This document shows positions 25,601-39,694 of a stretch of DNA of 64,000 nt, piece after piece. How positions within the stretch are numbered: position 1 is the first letter of the stretch; every line of letters begins with the position of its first letter. The position numbers and the translations under genes are program-made. The stretch is from Cirrosporium novae-zelandiae (taxonomy: Eukaryota): positions 186,001 to 250,000 of the forward strand of contig JAPETS010000002.1 of NCBI GenBank assembly GCA_026023565.1, read 5' to 3'. The notes under the pieces are model-generated. The model was not told the origin of the DNA and did not search any database. It saw only the letters and a list, made by a program, of their open reading frames with translations.

Positions 25601-28566
25601 ATATCCGAGCCATCCCTGTTGAAAATCATTTGTAATTCATGCAAGGCATGTGGGGGTTTTGAAGACATGTCACGATATATGACCGACCTGCTATTGAAAC
25701 GGGAAACGCAATAGGCCCTGATAACAAGCCCGGAAGAAACGCGGAGAAATGGCAGTCTACACAGTATGTGGTATTGATGATAGGCGTCCAACTAAGTTGT
25801 TATTATCTTGGTCACCTGCTGGGTGAGAGGTATTTGATCAATCAAGCCTCCAGCGAGGATGTCAGTATAAACCCCAAAGATGAAAAAAATCTGGGGATAA
25901 TTCTCCACAAATACTACAGAGTTGTTGGATATACTCTCATGGTTGATGCAGGAGGAGATCAAAGGTCCACGGGAGCAGAGTTAGAGTTGAGCCAAAAGTC
26001 AAGTTCAAGCCTTTTGAATCCTTGCTAATTGTATGTGCATCTGTAACTATGGCTGCATGGGCTCTGGGCTCTGGGCTATGTCTGATTATGGTCGTCCGAA
26101 CCTGTTGTATAAAAGTAAATGCTATCATTGAGGTACACAATCTCGTGTCATGTCGAAACTAACAGCCGTGTGACGGGATTGCGCAGGGAAAGTATATTGA
26201 TTGAGGGGGAATGTGGCGCCTGCATGGCAATGACAGGACAACTCGATGAATGAAATTGATTTCGTTCTTTGTTGTTGAATGCGATTCATCCGGAGGTCAC
26301 CGTATTGATTTCTGGATGGACAGCAACAGAGGGAGGAGCTGATAGGATGGATGTAGTATTGATGAGTGTTGATATTATTATTATTCCATTATTCCATAAC
26401 CCCTCTATTGACGTTTCGGCAATCATGGAAGGAATAGGCGTAGATTCATCCTACACCTCTTCTGGAACATGTCAGTCTTAAACTCAGAAGAGTCGTAGGT
26501 TGATTATTGAAAAGTTAGTTAAAAACCGGCCAGGACAATCTCCCTTAATCCGTATGCAGGTGTCGTGGACAAATGATGGATAAGCGGGCAGAAGGACAAA
26601 GTTGGATGATACAAAATTCATGATTTTTGAATTGATTGGCAACATTGACGTATTGATAAACCATCAAAACATCAAATTACCTGGTTGGAACTGCCGTTGG
26701 GAGGGAGAGGGGAGGGGGGGGGGTGTGGACGTGTATTGGTCGTGCCGAACAGACCGAAAAGAGCCCCGGAAACCGAAAGGCTGTAGAGGGGGACAAGTAC
26801 AGAGTAAGTAACTGGAGTCCTGAGTCCCTGAATGAATTAGAAAGGAGAAGCTATCATTAACCAAGTTAGCTTAGAGGGAGGGAGAATATTTTGGTGGGGA
26901 ATTTCTTTTTATTTTTTTTATTTTATTTTTTCGTTGGTTAGGCTGTTGAATTGGTTAGTTCGTTAGATGGATGGTCAGATTGACCATCGTGTCCATGCTG
27001 GAATGTAAAGTTAGTTAACTATAGGAGGCTACACTTTGCCCTGCCAATTTTGTGCATGATGCAATAGTGGGTTTTTTTTTTTTTTTTCTCTTTTGGCTTT
27101 CCTGATTATTTTCTTGTGTGTGAGCAAGAGTGTGTGTATATGTGTGTGTCTGTATCTTGGATGTATGTATACTTGTATCTGAGATAAGGTATTAATTATT
27201 ATTATTATGTCTGTCATCAAAAGTGGCTTAGGGCTGAAAATGGAAATGATGAATTGAAATTATAAGAAACTATAAAAATCCCTCAGCTACTAAAAAGTCA
27301 TCATCCATGTATGTTACCATTGTGTAATATTACTGTGCCTTAAAAAATGTAAATGTGAAATTGGAGTTGGGGAAGGGTCGGGGGGGGTCGGGGGGGTCGG
27401 GGGGGGGTGGTTCATGGATGGATGCAAGAGATCAGCATGACCGACCGGAGAAAACAGAAGCAAAGCAGAGCGGTGTTGGGAAAAGTTTTAGCAAAATTGA
27501 GGATTAAAAAGGTCAGGTAAAAAAGTAAGAAAAGAAAAAGGTAAGGCGGCTGTTAGCTTGTTACGGTTTAGACTGGTTTCTAAGGAATGGTCATCAAATG
27601 TCAAGCCTTCCCTTCCTTCACTTCCTTCCCTGGTTCTTTAAAGCCACACACCGTCTAGCCTCTCTTGGACGTTTTAAGCAACATCCCGTTACACTGCTAC
27701 TTTAGTATCCCATCCAATTCATTCATTCATCATTCATTACTTGTACAGTGCAGTTGTACTTGTACCACTTGCTAACCACAGTAAACACCTTGTAATTTCT
27801 CTCATAAGAATACCCGCTGTCGCTGACACACTACCGTTTTTTCCCTTGTTACACATAATAATAAATCCCGCTTTTGTACACCGAGCCCTTGATCTCATTA
27901 TTGCTCCTTCTTCTTCCCACTTCCACTTTATCATCCCGCCTACACCTACACCTACCCACTCGCACTCGCCTTTGCGCTCGCACCTTCGCACTCATCCAGA
28001 GCTCAGGGCTCCTTTGCGCCTGCCTTACGCTTTTCGCCTGCTCCGAAACTCTTCCATCACCTTTCGGTGGCCTGCGCTTGAATTTTGCGAACAAAGACAA
28101 AAAGAAAAGGCGGCAAGGAACTGGGCCTCGCCACCCTTGGAAACATCTTCTCTCATCTGCCTCCGCGCCCTACGAAAAAAAAAAAAAAAACCAACCCACC
28201 TTATCTCATTCCCAATCAACCCAAGTCCCATCGATCCCTTTCCATAATCCCCAGCCTAAGTTGGCAGTCGTGTCTTCAGCTTTGATCGAAATGTCAAATT
28301 CAAGATTATAACAGAGCGGTCCCTAGGGACACAACTACCTCCACTCTCTAGCTTCCATCTCTAGGTGGAATCTTCTACCTGAGGTCGAACTCTCATCTTC
28401 TTCACACCACTACTTTTACATCTGATTCCGAGTGCTAGCCACTCACTGGCCCCATAACTTGATCATCCACACAGATCCCTTGGAGGCTCTTTGCAACTTT
28501 TGTTTTATCTCTTTATTAGTATTCGGGAATCGACAAACAGTCTAGTAACGACTTTCATACTGCTTA

Positions 28567-30972
28567 ATGCCTCATTGTCGACCTCATAATTTCGACGGCG
28601 TTTGGGATACGATGGATTATTTTAACATACACAGTTTATCCAATTCAGCAAACATGCAGTCTGTTGAAGAAGAGCTTGCTGCGGAAGCTGACGAACCTCC
28701 TGACGGCGAAGACTTTTCTCCCAGATCTCTTGTTACATCTCCAGCTGGAGATTACGTCAAATCCCCTTTGATTCCGATGGAGAGAAAAGAATCCTTGTTA
28801 ACTCGCGCCTTGCTCTTGAGCCCTGACATGCGTCCGGTTGATGCAGCTACCGGCGCCACAAGTAGGGGTGTCTCGGTGCTTTCGAATTACAGCATTACCA
28901 GTGCCACATCAACCGTGTCAATGGCAGACTTGATAAGTGATGCGGAGCTTACAAGCCCAGCGAGATCCGACACACCCAGCCCTCCTCCGCCTGTTGCCTT
29001 TTCGCCACTCCCTCCTGCTCTACTGCAAAAACGACATCAACCTCAGTTAGAGTTCGCGCGTCAAAGCACAGAAGCTAATCCCGATGCTGTGGTAATTAGC
29101 TCTCGGGAGTCGGCTGTTGAGGCTGGCCTGGGACGAAAGCGATGCATTACCTTTGGTTGTCCGAAAGTAGCAGAGAAAGAAGATAAGGGAAGGACCAACG
29201 TCACATCCACATCTCCTCCAGCATCTGCCCAACCAGCAAAGCGCTCATGTACTCTTAAATTTGCTTGCCCGACTCGTCCTGATAAAACAGCAATGCTTTC
29301 AGAATCACCAAAGCAAGAAAAGCGCCCATGCTCACTTAAATTTGCCTGTCCACCTCGCCCCCATAAAGTAACTAGCACCAAGGAAGCACACAAAGTGTTA
29401 TTCAGATCCCGCAGTCCAGCCCCCCCTAGAATCAAGATACCTGTTCCACCGCAGTCGATATCTGAAATGCAATCCTCGGTAGCGATTACGAACAGTCTTG
29501 ATTTGAAGAGCTCAACACAGGAAACGGATGTGACGGATGTGACGGATGTGCCGGAAATTCCTCAAGCAGAAAAGGAAGTGACAAAACCACCACCAACCGA
29601 GTTTCATGAATTTGCTAGCTCTCCTGGCGAAGAGGATGAATGGGTCAACAAACCTACCGATACCACAAGAAAGATTACTATCAATGACACGCTTGAAAAG
29701 GAAAACAAGATTAGAAAAATTGGTGAGGAGGCAGAAGAAGAGGCTCTTGAGGAGGAGCAAGAGGAGGAAGATGCTGAGGACGAAGACGGATATGAGGATG
29801 AGGATCAGGAAGATAGTGATGACGATGAACCTGAGCTCAGTGATGAGTCGGATGGAAACGAAACCGATAACGAAGAAGGTTTCGCAGATTCTGACAACGA
29901 GAGCGATGGAGGTTCGGAATATGAATTCTGGACCCCTGGCTTGACCACTGCAGCAACAAGTACAGAACGTCTCGATCATATCCGACCCTTTAATCATCGG
30001 GCTGACTCCATCTCGTCAATCGAGTCGATATTGTCGCCAAATTCGATGGGTATTAACATCCCACCCTCACCACAGCATCGACGCCGCCCTAAACCACGTG
30101 TGAAGATGCTTCCAGGGACCCCTGAACTCCCCGATAGCACTGACTTCGTATGTGGTACTCTGGACGAAGATCGCCCTCTTGAAGCGGCTTACATGTCTTG
30201 CCTCGAGCAACGTAAGAGAGCTAAGCACATACCTGTACCTCAAGATATCGACCCGAGCTTTCCTACCACTGATCCTGAGGATGAAGAGGATGAACACTTT
30301 TCTCTAAAGGATGGTGATGACTACTTCTGGATCCCAGGCCGAATGGAAGATCATGTTGAAGATCAACCTCGTGGGCGCCGTAACACAACGACCAAGAAAT
30401 CTCCCATCCTTTCCCCGAGAAAATATCATTCCCCACCTCCTCTAAAGCGCAATGTCCATCGCTCCCCTCTACCACGTCGGCTGTTTGGCCAGTCTCCAAA
30501 ACAACCCCAGTCTCCACCTCCTCGTCATACTACATCTCCACCGCCAAGCCGACGTGTTTCTCTTGATATTTCACCAAAACAGCAAGCGCAGGGTATACAT
30601 TTCTCTGGCCTTGCACAACGACCTAATCTGATCCATGCCTCATCTCTCCCACGCACCCCAAACCCATTCTTTAATAGGCATAACCGTTGTAACTTTGAGC
30701 AAGTCTCCGGGACTGAGCCTGAACGGGCTCTAAAATCGAAGAAGGTACCAATCCACATGCGTGGTCCTGCGGATATTTACCGAGGCTTGGAGAAGAAAAA
30801 ACAGAAGAGAAGAGAGAAATATCAACGCTTACATGCCAGGAATGGCTGTAAGGAACGTCGAGTTCAACCAGGAGAAGGAGCCGAGAGAATGAAAGAGCTT
30901 GGGCTGGAGATGGCTGGTAGAGGTAAAATCTACGGCCCTGGACAACAGCCGAAGCTTATGCTGTCGATATAA
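28567..30972 (+). CDS. DUF2457-family conserved fungal protein (Pro/Ser-rich, acidic tract)
   Basis: 801-aa single ORF with ELPDSTDFVCGTLDEDRPLEAAY, PQDIDPSFPT and GEGAERMKELGLEMA motifs and a long Asp/Glu tract. Confidence 0.85.
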   Translation: MPHCRPHNFDGVWDTMDYFNIHSLSNSANMQSVEEELAAEADEPPDGEDFSPRSLVTSPAGDYVKSPLIPMERKESLLTRALLLSPDMRPVDAATGATSRGVSVLSNYSITSATSTVSMADLISDAELTSPARSDTPSPPPPVAFSPLPPALLQKRHQPQLEFARQSTEANPDAVVISSRESAVEAGLGRKRCITFGCPKVAEKEDKGRTNVTSTSPPASAQPAKRSCTLKFACPTRPDKTAMLSESPKQEKRPCSLKFACPPRPHKVTSTKEAHKVLFRSRSPAPPRIKIPVPPQSISEMQSSVAITNSLDLKSSTQETDVTDVTDVPEIPQAEKEVTKPPPTEFHEFASSPGEEDEWVNKPTDTTRKITINDTLEKENKIRKIGEEAEEEALEEEQEEEDAEDEDGYEDEDQEDSDDDEPELSDESDGNETDNEEGFADSDNESDGGSEYEFWTPGLTTAATSTERLDHIRPFNHRADSISSIESILSPNSMGINIPPSPQHRRRPKPRVKMLPGTPELPDSTDFVCGTLDEDRPLEAAYMSCLEQRKRAKHIPVPQDIDPSFPTTDPEDEEDEHFSLKDGDDYFWIPGRMEDHVEDQPRGRRNTTTKKSPILSPRKYHSPPPLKRNVHRSPLPRRLFGQSPKQPQSPPPRHTTSPPPSRRVSLDISPKQQAQGIHFSGLAQRPNLIHASSLPRTPNPFFNRHNRCNFEQVSGTEPERALKSKKVPIHMRGPADIYRGLEKKKQKRREKYQRLHARNGCKERRVQPGEGAERMKELGLEMAGRGKIYGPGQQPKLMLSI

Positions 30973-31900
30973 TCCTGCGTCCCTGAGACAGTCGATGCCC
31001 TACTTGCAGGATCCCGACTCTATCTGCTTCACCAAGCTCCTATGTGAATCTACATGCCCTTCTTGTAAATATTTCCACCTGCTGGTAGACGCATGGCTAC
31101 TCAGGTGTATATATTTGTTTCCTTGAGTTACTGTCGTTCGAGCGGTTGATTTGTTTAGTAGCATTTTTTAGCGAAGGAGGATTGACTTTGTTTCTTTCCT
31201 ACATAGGCGTTAGGTTTAAGGTACTGTCATTTCCTGCATAGCATGGATGGGGATTATGATGAAAGACCAGATACCGTCTAAAAGACTGATTATGATCTGA
31301 GGTTTCGAGGTTTGCGAGAAAGATACCCTCATCACTATCACTTTAGTTTTTTATTTCTAGCATTACCATAGCTAGGATATCACATGCAAATTGATTGCTA
31401 AAAACATTCAGACTTTGAGCCAAATCAATTGGGTGCATTGTAGAGAATTTGTTTAAACACATAAACAAAAAAAACCATAACGAGATACAGAAATTCGGAA
31501 ATATAATGACAATGGCAAGTACCAAATCTAATTATATGTAAAACAGCCTGACGTGGGAAGTGGTGAGTGGTGTAGAGCGATAGATTTCATCAATGGGATG
31601 GGATCTCTGTAATTAGATGTGTATCAATACAGTAATTATGACCGCTTCTCGCCTTGGCCGGTGACTTCACAAGTTCACAAATTCATTTATTCCAAGCGGA
31701 ACAACAAATCATAAATCTGGTCAAGTCACACCAACTACAAACCACCGATAAATATCAATCGCTGTCCTCAACCGACATTGCCCACCATCATTATTCCCCA
31801 GATCTCTTGGTCTCTTGCCACAACTCACCACTCATCTTTAACTTAAAAGCAAGTTACTAAATAATTTATATTCCGGTCAGGCCGTGAATTAACGAAAGCT

Positions 31901-32980
<1,080 letters not shown>

Positions 32981-33980
32981 ATACCAAGGCTATCCCTACC
33001 CTAGCCTAGACCTCCGATCGCCTATCCAACCTTATCGAAATCGATAAGAGGCACAATGTTATATATATCGGAAGTTCTCATGATCAACCAATCACGTTTC
33101 CCAAGCCCACATCCAAATGAACAAAGAAAGCAGAAAGCCTTCATCCATCTTCCTCTATCACCCAGCAACGGAATGTATTCCGATCCGCTCAACCGTAATT
33201 GAAGAAGCCCTTCTTCTCTGTGCATGCAGGCGTTCAAAGTTGCATAGGTTATGAATGAAAACATGGCAGAGATATGGAAGGAAAATATGCACGCATGCAT
33301 CATTCATCTTTCATGCCCCCGGTTGTTTTTATTTTGGGTGGATGGACAGGTGGATTTAAGCCATAGAGATATTTTTTTTACTTACTAGTTTAGTTGTTTT
33401 TTCAGACAGGCATTACATTCTCCCTGCTTTCGCAAGGAGAGAGAATGAAAGATTTGCATCCTTTTTTAAAATACCTTGATCCTTATTCTATTCTATCTTT
33501 TTCGAGCATCGTAAAAGGTATTTCCCCTCTACTTCATCTTCTTCTACCTTCACTCCGACATCGCGTTTACTTAAGTACATTGACATGGGCCCATGAAAGG
33601 AATGAACAAAACGAACGATAGTGGAGCAAATTACATGGTCTCTCGGGAAGAGAGAGAGGGGGGGGGGGCAGAGAATAATAAAAATAACCCCAGCTAACCA
33701 GCCAGTCAACCTAGCCATACAAAAATCCAACCCTTTTGCTTTTGCTTTTTACAATCAATGCCATTACCGTCCATCCACATCCACGACCAACCAACCGTTT
33801 AATGTATCAGAAAAGAAATTCGAGACCCACCCCGGCCAACTACAACCCACAACCACAACCATAGAGTTGCATATTACTATATAAAACCACACAGTCCACC
33901 CCCTCCCCTCACCCCACTTATATATATATATATATTTCTTAACACATACTATATACTGTATGTAGGTAGCAACCCATATG

Positions 33981-34020
33981 ATACGATACGCATACGCATA
34001 CGCATACGCATACGCATACG
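33981..34020. repeat. (CATACG)n hexanucleotide microsatellite
   Basis: Five perfect CATACG units preceded by ATACG units; lies in the SSR-rich spacer between SAR1 and PP1. Confidence 0.95.
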
Positions 34021-36006
34021 TCCCATCGTTCACCCGTTCACTCACCCACTCACCCACTCACTCGCCCAGGTCACCTCACCTCGCCTAAATCACATCACAT
34101 CCACATCCACTTTCCACCACCACCTCCGCGGAAACCCTCCACTTCTACTTTTTACCTTTATATTCATATTCCACATCCATATCCAATTAAGAAAACCCAT
34201 AAATACTATAAAACAATTACACATATATAATATACATGTTATGTTATGCTATGTGACTTATGTCCCCGGCGACTTGGCTTTGGGCTTGGAACTTGGGAAG
34301 TATCGTTACCATTATCGTTATCGTGTGCTTGCATCTACATACATACATACATACGATGTGTGATGCAATGTGCAATGCAGTATTTGTGATTTGACTTGAC
34401 TTGCTCACCTACCTTTACCCTTTACCCCTTCCCATCTCTCTCCCCTCTTTCAAATTAAAACTATAGTAATAAATAGTAATAGCAGTGATAGAATATGGAA
34501 GTGGATTGGTCCCGCCGGTTGCATACATAACCTCCCAAAGTCCAAGCTCAAGTTCAAAGCTCAAGTTCTAAGCTCAAGTTCAAAATGAAAGTAAGTTAAA
34601 AAGTAAGAAAAGAAAAAGAAGAAGAAAGCAAATGCATTAACAAAGATGATGATGATAAATAACCCTTTTCCCCCCCCACGACGTTGTTAATGCCAATAAC
34701 CTCTCCCCTCTCCCCTGAAAACTTTACGAATTAAGTTAATCGAGCGTGCGTGCGTGTGGGCGTATAGGCGTGGGGTCACAAGTCAAATCAAATCTACAAG
34801 GCGGTGGGAGTGGAAATGAGGGTGGGGGTTTGGGAGTAAATACGCGCACACTTTTTTTTGGCATCTACGAAAGAAAAGAAAAGATACCTCTTAGTTGACT
34901 TTTCTTGTAGCTGGAAGCAAATTGTCATATCAATCATGTCAACGTGAACGTGAACGAGGGTGCATAATTGAGTTGAAGGGAATAAGATGTGGATGGATAG
35001 GAGAATCTGGCAAGGGTTTAAGAATGTATGAAAAAGGGACGATGGGGTAATGGAATGGAATGGGATGGGATGGGGTATATATCTACTGTGCGTACCGTAT
35101 CCTTAACAACAACAATGCCCACTCATTCACTTGAAGAAGCCTTTTCAGTCAGCCAGTCAGCCAGCACGGTATTCAATAGCAGTGGTAGTAGTTTAGCTTA
35201 GTTAGTAGCCAGCCGACTAATATAACAGTACAAGGCTCATCATGCTCTCTCCACAAACCCAATTCAATTCACCATGTATCATACCTCCATCCATTTCCCC
35301 TGCTCCAGAGGCATTTATCATGTTGATTTGACTGATCCCGGCACAGCCTCCTGTCTCCATTTCACTGGAATAGTACTATGCCCCATTTCAGTCAACTGCA
35401 GTGCAAACACGATTTGGTGAGCCCCCCCCAATAAGAGTTGTAGTGGTAGTAAAAGACTAAAAAGGAACAGGACAAAAAAAGTTGGGGGACCCGCACGGCT
35501 GACGTTGTTCATAAGATGGATAACTAAAATCCCCATTCCAATCCCATTCGATTCCTGTAATAGCATCTGGCTTGGCATGCTCAGGTAATGGCCGGATAGC
35601 ACGACAGTAGGAAAAGAAAAGAGTCCAGAAAACATGGGAAAACAGAAAATTAAGAAACACAGAGGGCTGGGAAAAGTGAAGGCGTTCCGAAGCGCTAAGC
35701 AAAAACTCCATCCTGCATTTCATTTTTTTTCACGTCCGTTCCTGTCAAGCATTATCTTGTAAATATGGGCGGCAATCGTCTCGACTCGCGTATCTCGTCT
35801 AGGGCTTCGCCGCTCGCTAATGAGGAATGTTGTGAGAAGGAATACAGGCTGTTCGGTTTCAAATGTCGTAGTCGCGAAAGAGCTTCGGTGTAGCTCAGGA
35901 ATGGGTGGAGGAATGAATTGGTCGATTATCGAGTCTCGAAGAGGACAATGAGACTTTATCTCCGCCCGAACCTGCTGTACACCGGACAGTTCGTATGATT
36001 TCTCTA

Positions 36007-37219
<1,213 letters not shown>

Positions 37220-37344
37220 CCTGATCTATTATCTGAGGGTGAAAGAGGAGGGAAGAAGGCGACGAGACGATGGGAGGACTGTGAGCTTATGTGATGTCAC
37301 CAATACAGCCTCTAGATTATTATCGAGAATAAAAAAAAGGTAGC

Positions 37345-37442
37345 CTAAAATGTCTGATGTTAGATTATTTTTCTTCATTCGAGTTGACAGACCTATGTTG
37401 TTGTGGAGGAAGTTTCAGTTGACGTGGAGTTGAAAGGCTTAC
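37345..37442 (-). other. Probable 5'-UTR intron of the PP1 gene
   Basis: Minus-strand GTAAGC donor at 37442, TCTAAC branch and TTTTAG acceptor ending at 37345, upstream of the PP1 ATG. Confidence 0.55.
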
Positions 37443-39694
37443 CGTGCAGCTCCTCCTTCCGAACTCCTCCTCGAGCAAACTTAACGAAAGGTAATTCTCT
37501 GCGATAGGACTTTCTGAGTAACTTTCAGGGATATGTTATTGGTCTCGAGCGCTTCTTTAATTTTTTCTGTCGATAACAAGGACAGTACTGAGGGAGAATC
37601 TCTGGCACGCGAAGCCTGTGGGGTAAGCTCTGCGAATCGCACTTTTGTGGCTGTTATGGGAAGAATGAACCAAGTCTGTGCGGGAGCCTATACTATGATC
37701 TCACTTTAGGTATAAGATCAACCAGCAAAGACCAGCGAAAGGATTTGTTTAGGAATTTGACAGTCTGTGGAGATTTGAGACGTTGCGGGCCAGCGGCTTT
37801 GGATGTAGGAATAGAGAAAGCAGCTCACTTTTCACCGCTCGATGTTATCGTTGTTTAAAAGACGCTAGGCAAGATCGGATAGGATGTAAGAAAGGTTTGA
37901 AGATAGAGATGTAGATTTGAACAAGAATAAACTTGTAGTTTGAAGAGTTATAGTCGGTGTCAAAGTAAAGTTGTGTTGTTGGGTTTGTTGGTTTGTTGGT
38001 TGGTTGATTGATTTGGGGGGGGGGGAGGGAGGGATGTTATTTTTTTTGGGTGTTGGGTAGGGAGGCTCTCCTGGTTCAAAGGCAATGCGGTTGATTCAGA
38101 GTTTGGGGGTGTTTGGTGTTGTTGTTTGACGGAGAAGAATAAGTTGCAAAAGATTGAAGGCTCGTTTAGGAAGTCTCTAAAGTGGGAGAGACCCTAGTCA
38201 GTACAAAAATGTAGCAACTTTACTTTCTAGTCAAGTAAAGTAGTAGTAGTTAGGTTAAAAGACTTAGAAGACTTCGAAGACTTCGAAGAGTCATGTCACA
38301 AAAGTGGACAAAAACAAAATGGCCAAATAGACAAGTAGACTAATCGACAAAATCGATAAAGGTCTTAGAATCAAATCAATCAGCCAGGAAAGTCCAAGAA
38401 GTCAAGGGAAGGAGAATTATTAGAGAAAGAGGTGTTTTTTTTTGGGCCAGTAGTAAAAACAATCAGCCCTGGAATGTACAAGCCCCCAGAAGGCCAAGGT
38501 CTATGCCTATAATTATGCCCTTTGCCTTTGCCTCTGCCTACTCTGTCTCTGTCTCTACCTCTCTACTTCTGCCCATGTCTATGCCCTACAATTTAATGCG
38601 ATAATGTAATTAGCCTATCAATTATTTAGACCAGTTTAGACTATTTATTCTCTCTATGTTCGAGAACGTTTGCAAATCCGATCAAAATGTTGATCCTATT
38701 ATCTCAACCAAGTACATGTACTGTACATATATACATACCTACATTACACTTGTCCATTGTTTTGGCCATTTGGTCTATTCGGTCCATTCTCTGGGTGTTT
38801 GGTTATAGTAGATTGTAGAAATGATAATAATAATCAATGGCAATGGCAACTTATCCCGTGTGTCCCCGACTTCCGCCGGATTTTCCTGTTGCTTGGATTT
38901 GCTGGGGCGCCCTCCCCTCCCCTCCCCCTACCTTACCCAATCATAACCATTAATTCATTAATTCCCCCCCCCCCCTCTCATGTTTTCTGGAAGGTCGACA
39001 GAATCGCTTGCCCAACTCCACCCCACAAAGGCCGCGACAATTTTCCCTCTTTCATCCTTTGCGCTAAATGCCGCAACATATCAAAAAGTATATCGGCTTT
39101 TTGTCCGAGTCATCCTAAATCATCCTTGCCACCCCCGAAAGTCCTAGAAAGTTCATAAGCTGCATAAGCCCTCGTGTTACCAGTTCATCTTGATAATCAC
39201 ATACAATCATTCATCAAGTAAATGAGTGGAGACAGAAAAAAACACTCCAAAACCTTTTCAGATTAACAACCTTGAAAAATCTCTTGCTATCTATAGGACA
39301 CTTTCCACCTATGTTTGCTTTCATCCCAACACGCGTGAATCTGAACGCCCGTTGTCAAAAACTATTATAATACATTGAAAGGTCATGCCGCGTTTCATAC
39401 AGTCTTCCAGCATGAGATCGTGCCAAAGCAATCGGCCAAGCTCCACCATGCCAATCAAAACATGCGTAAGAACCATCGTCTTGATGAGGACAGATGCAAA
39501 TGCGTGAATGCATATATCAACTTGGAATAAACACCAAAGGTAAGAAAAAATTCATGCGAGAACGCTGGACGGTGCCTCATAACTCCTGAACGCTGTGTCG
39601 GTCCTATCAACTCCAATTTGCGCCAAAATAAAAAGGACAGAAAACCAGATGCTCCCTTGGGTATAGTCTCCTCCACGTCTTTCATGTTCTTCCG

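Noticed and set aside
27741..28311. 168-aa and 145-aa ORFs upstream of DUF2457
   Set aside because: Non-ATG starts; pyrimidine-rich leader composition with a poly-A run read as poly-Lys.
33700..35300. Repeat-dense spacer as a CRISPR-like or satellite array
   Set aside because: Heterogeneous 2-12-nt slippage repeats with no repeat-spacer periodicity, in eukaryotic DNA.
37730..37744. ACCAGCGAAAGGAT resembles the 3' end of fungal TPP riboswitches
   Set aside because: The upstream CTGAGA and TGATCTGGATAAT elements are absent, it is antisense to the PP1 leader, and no thiamine gene is nearby.
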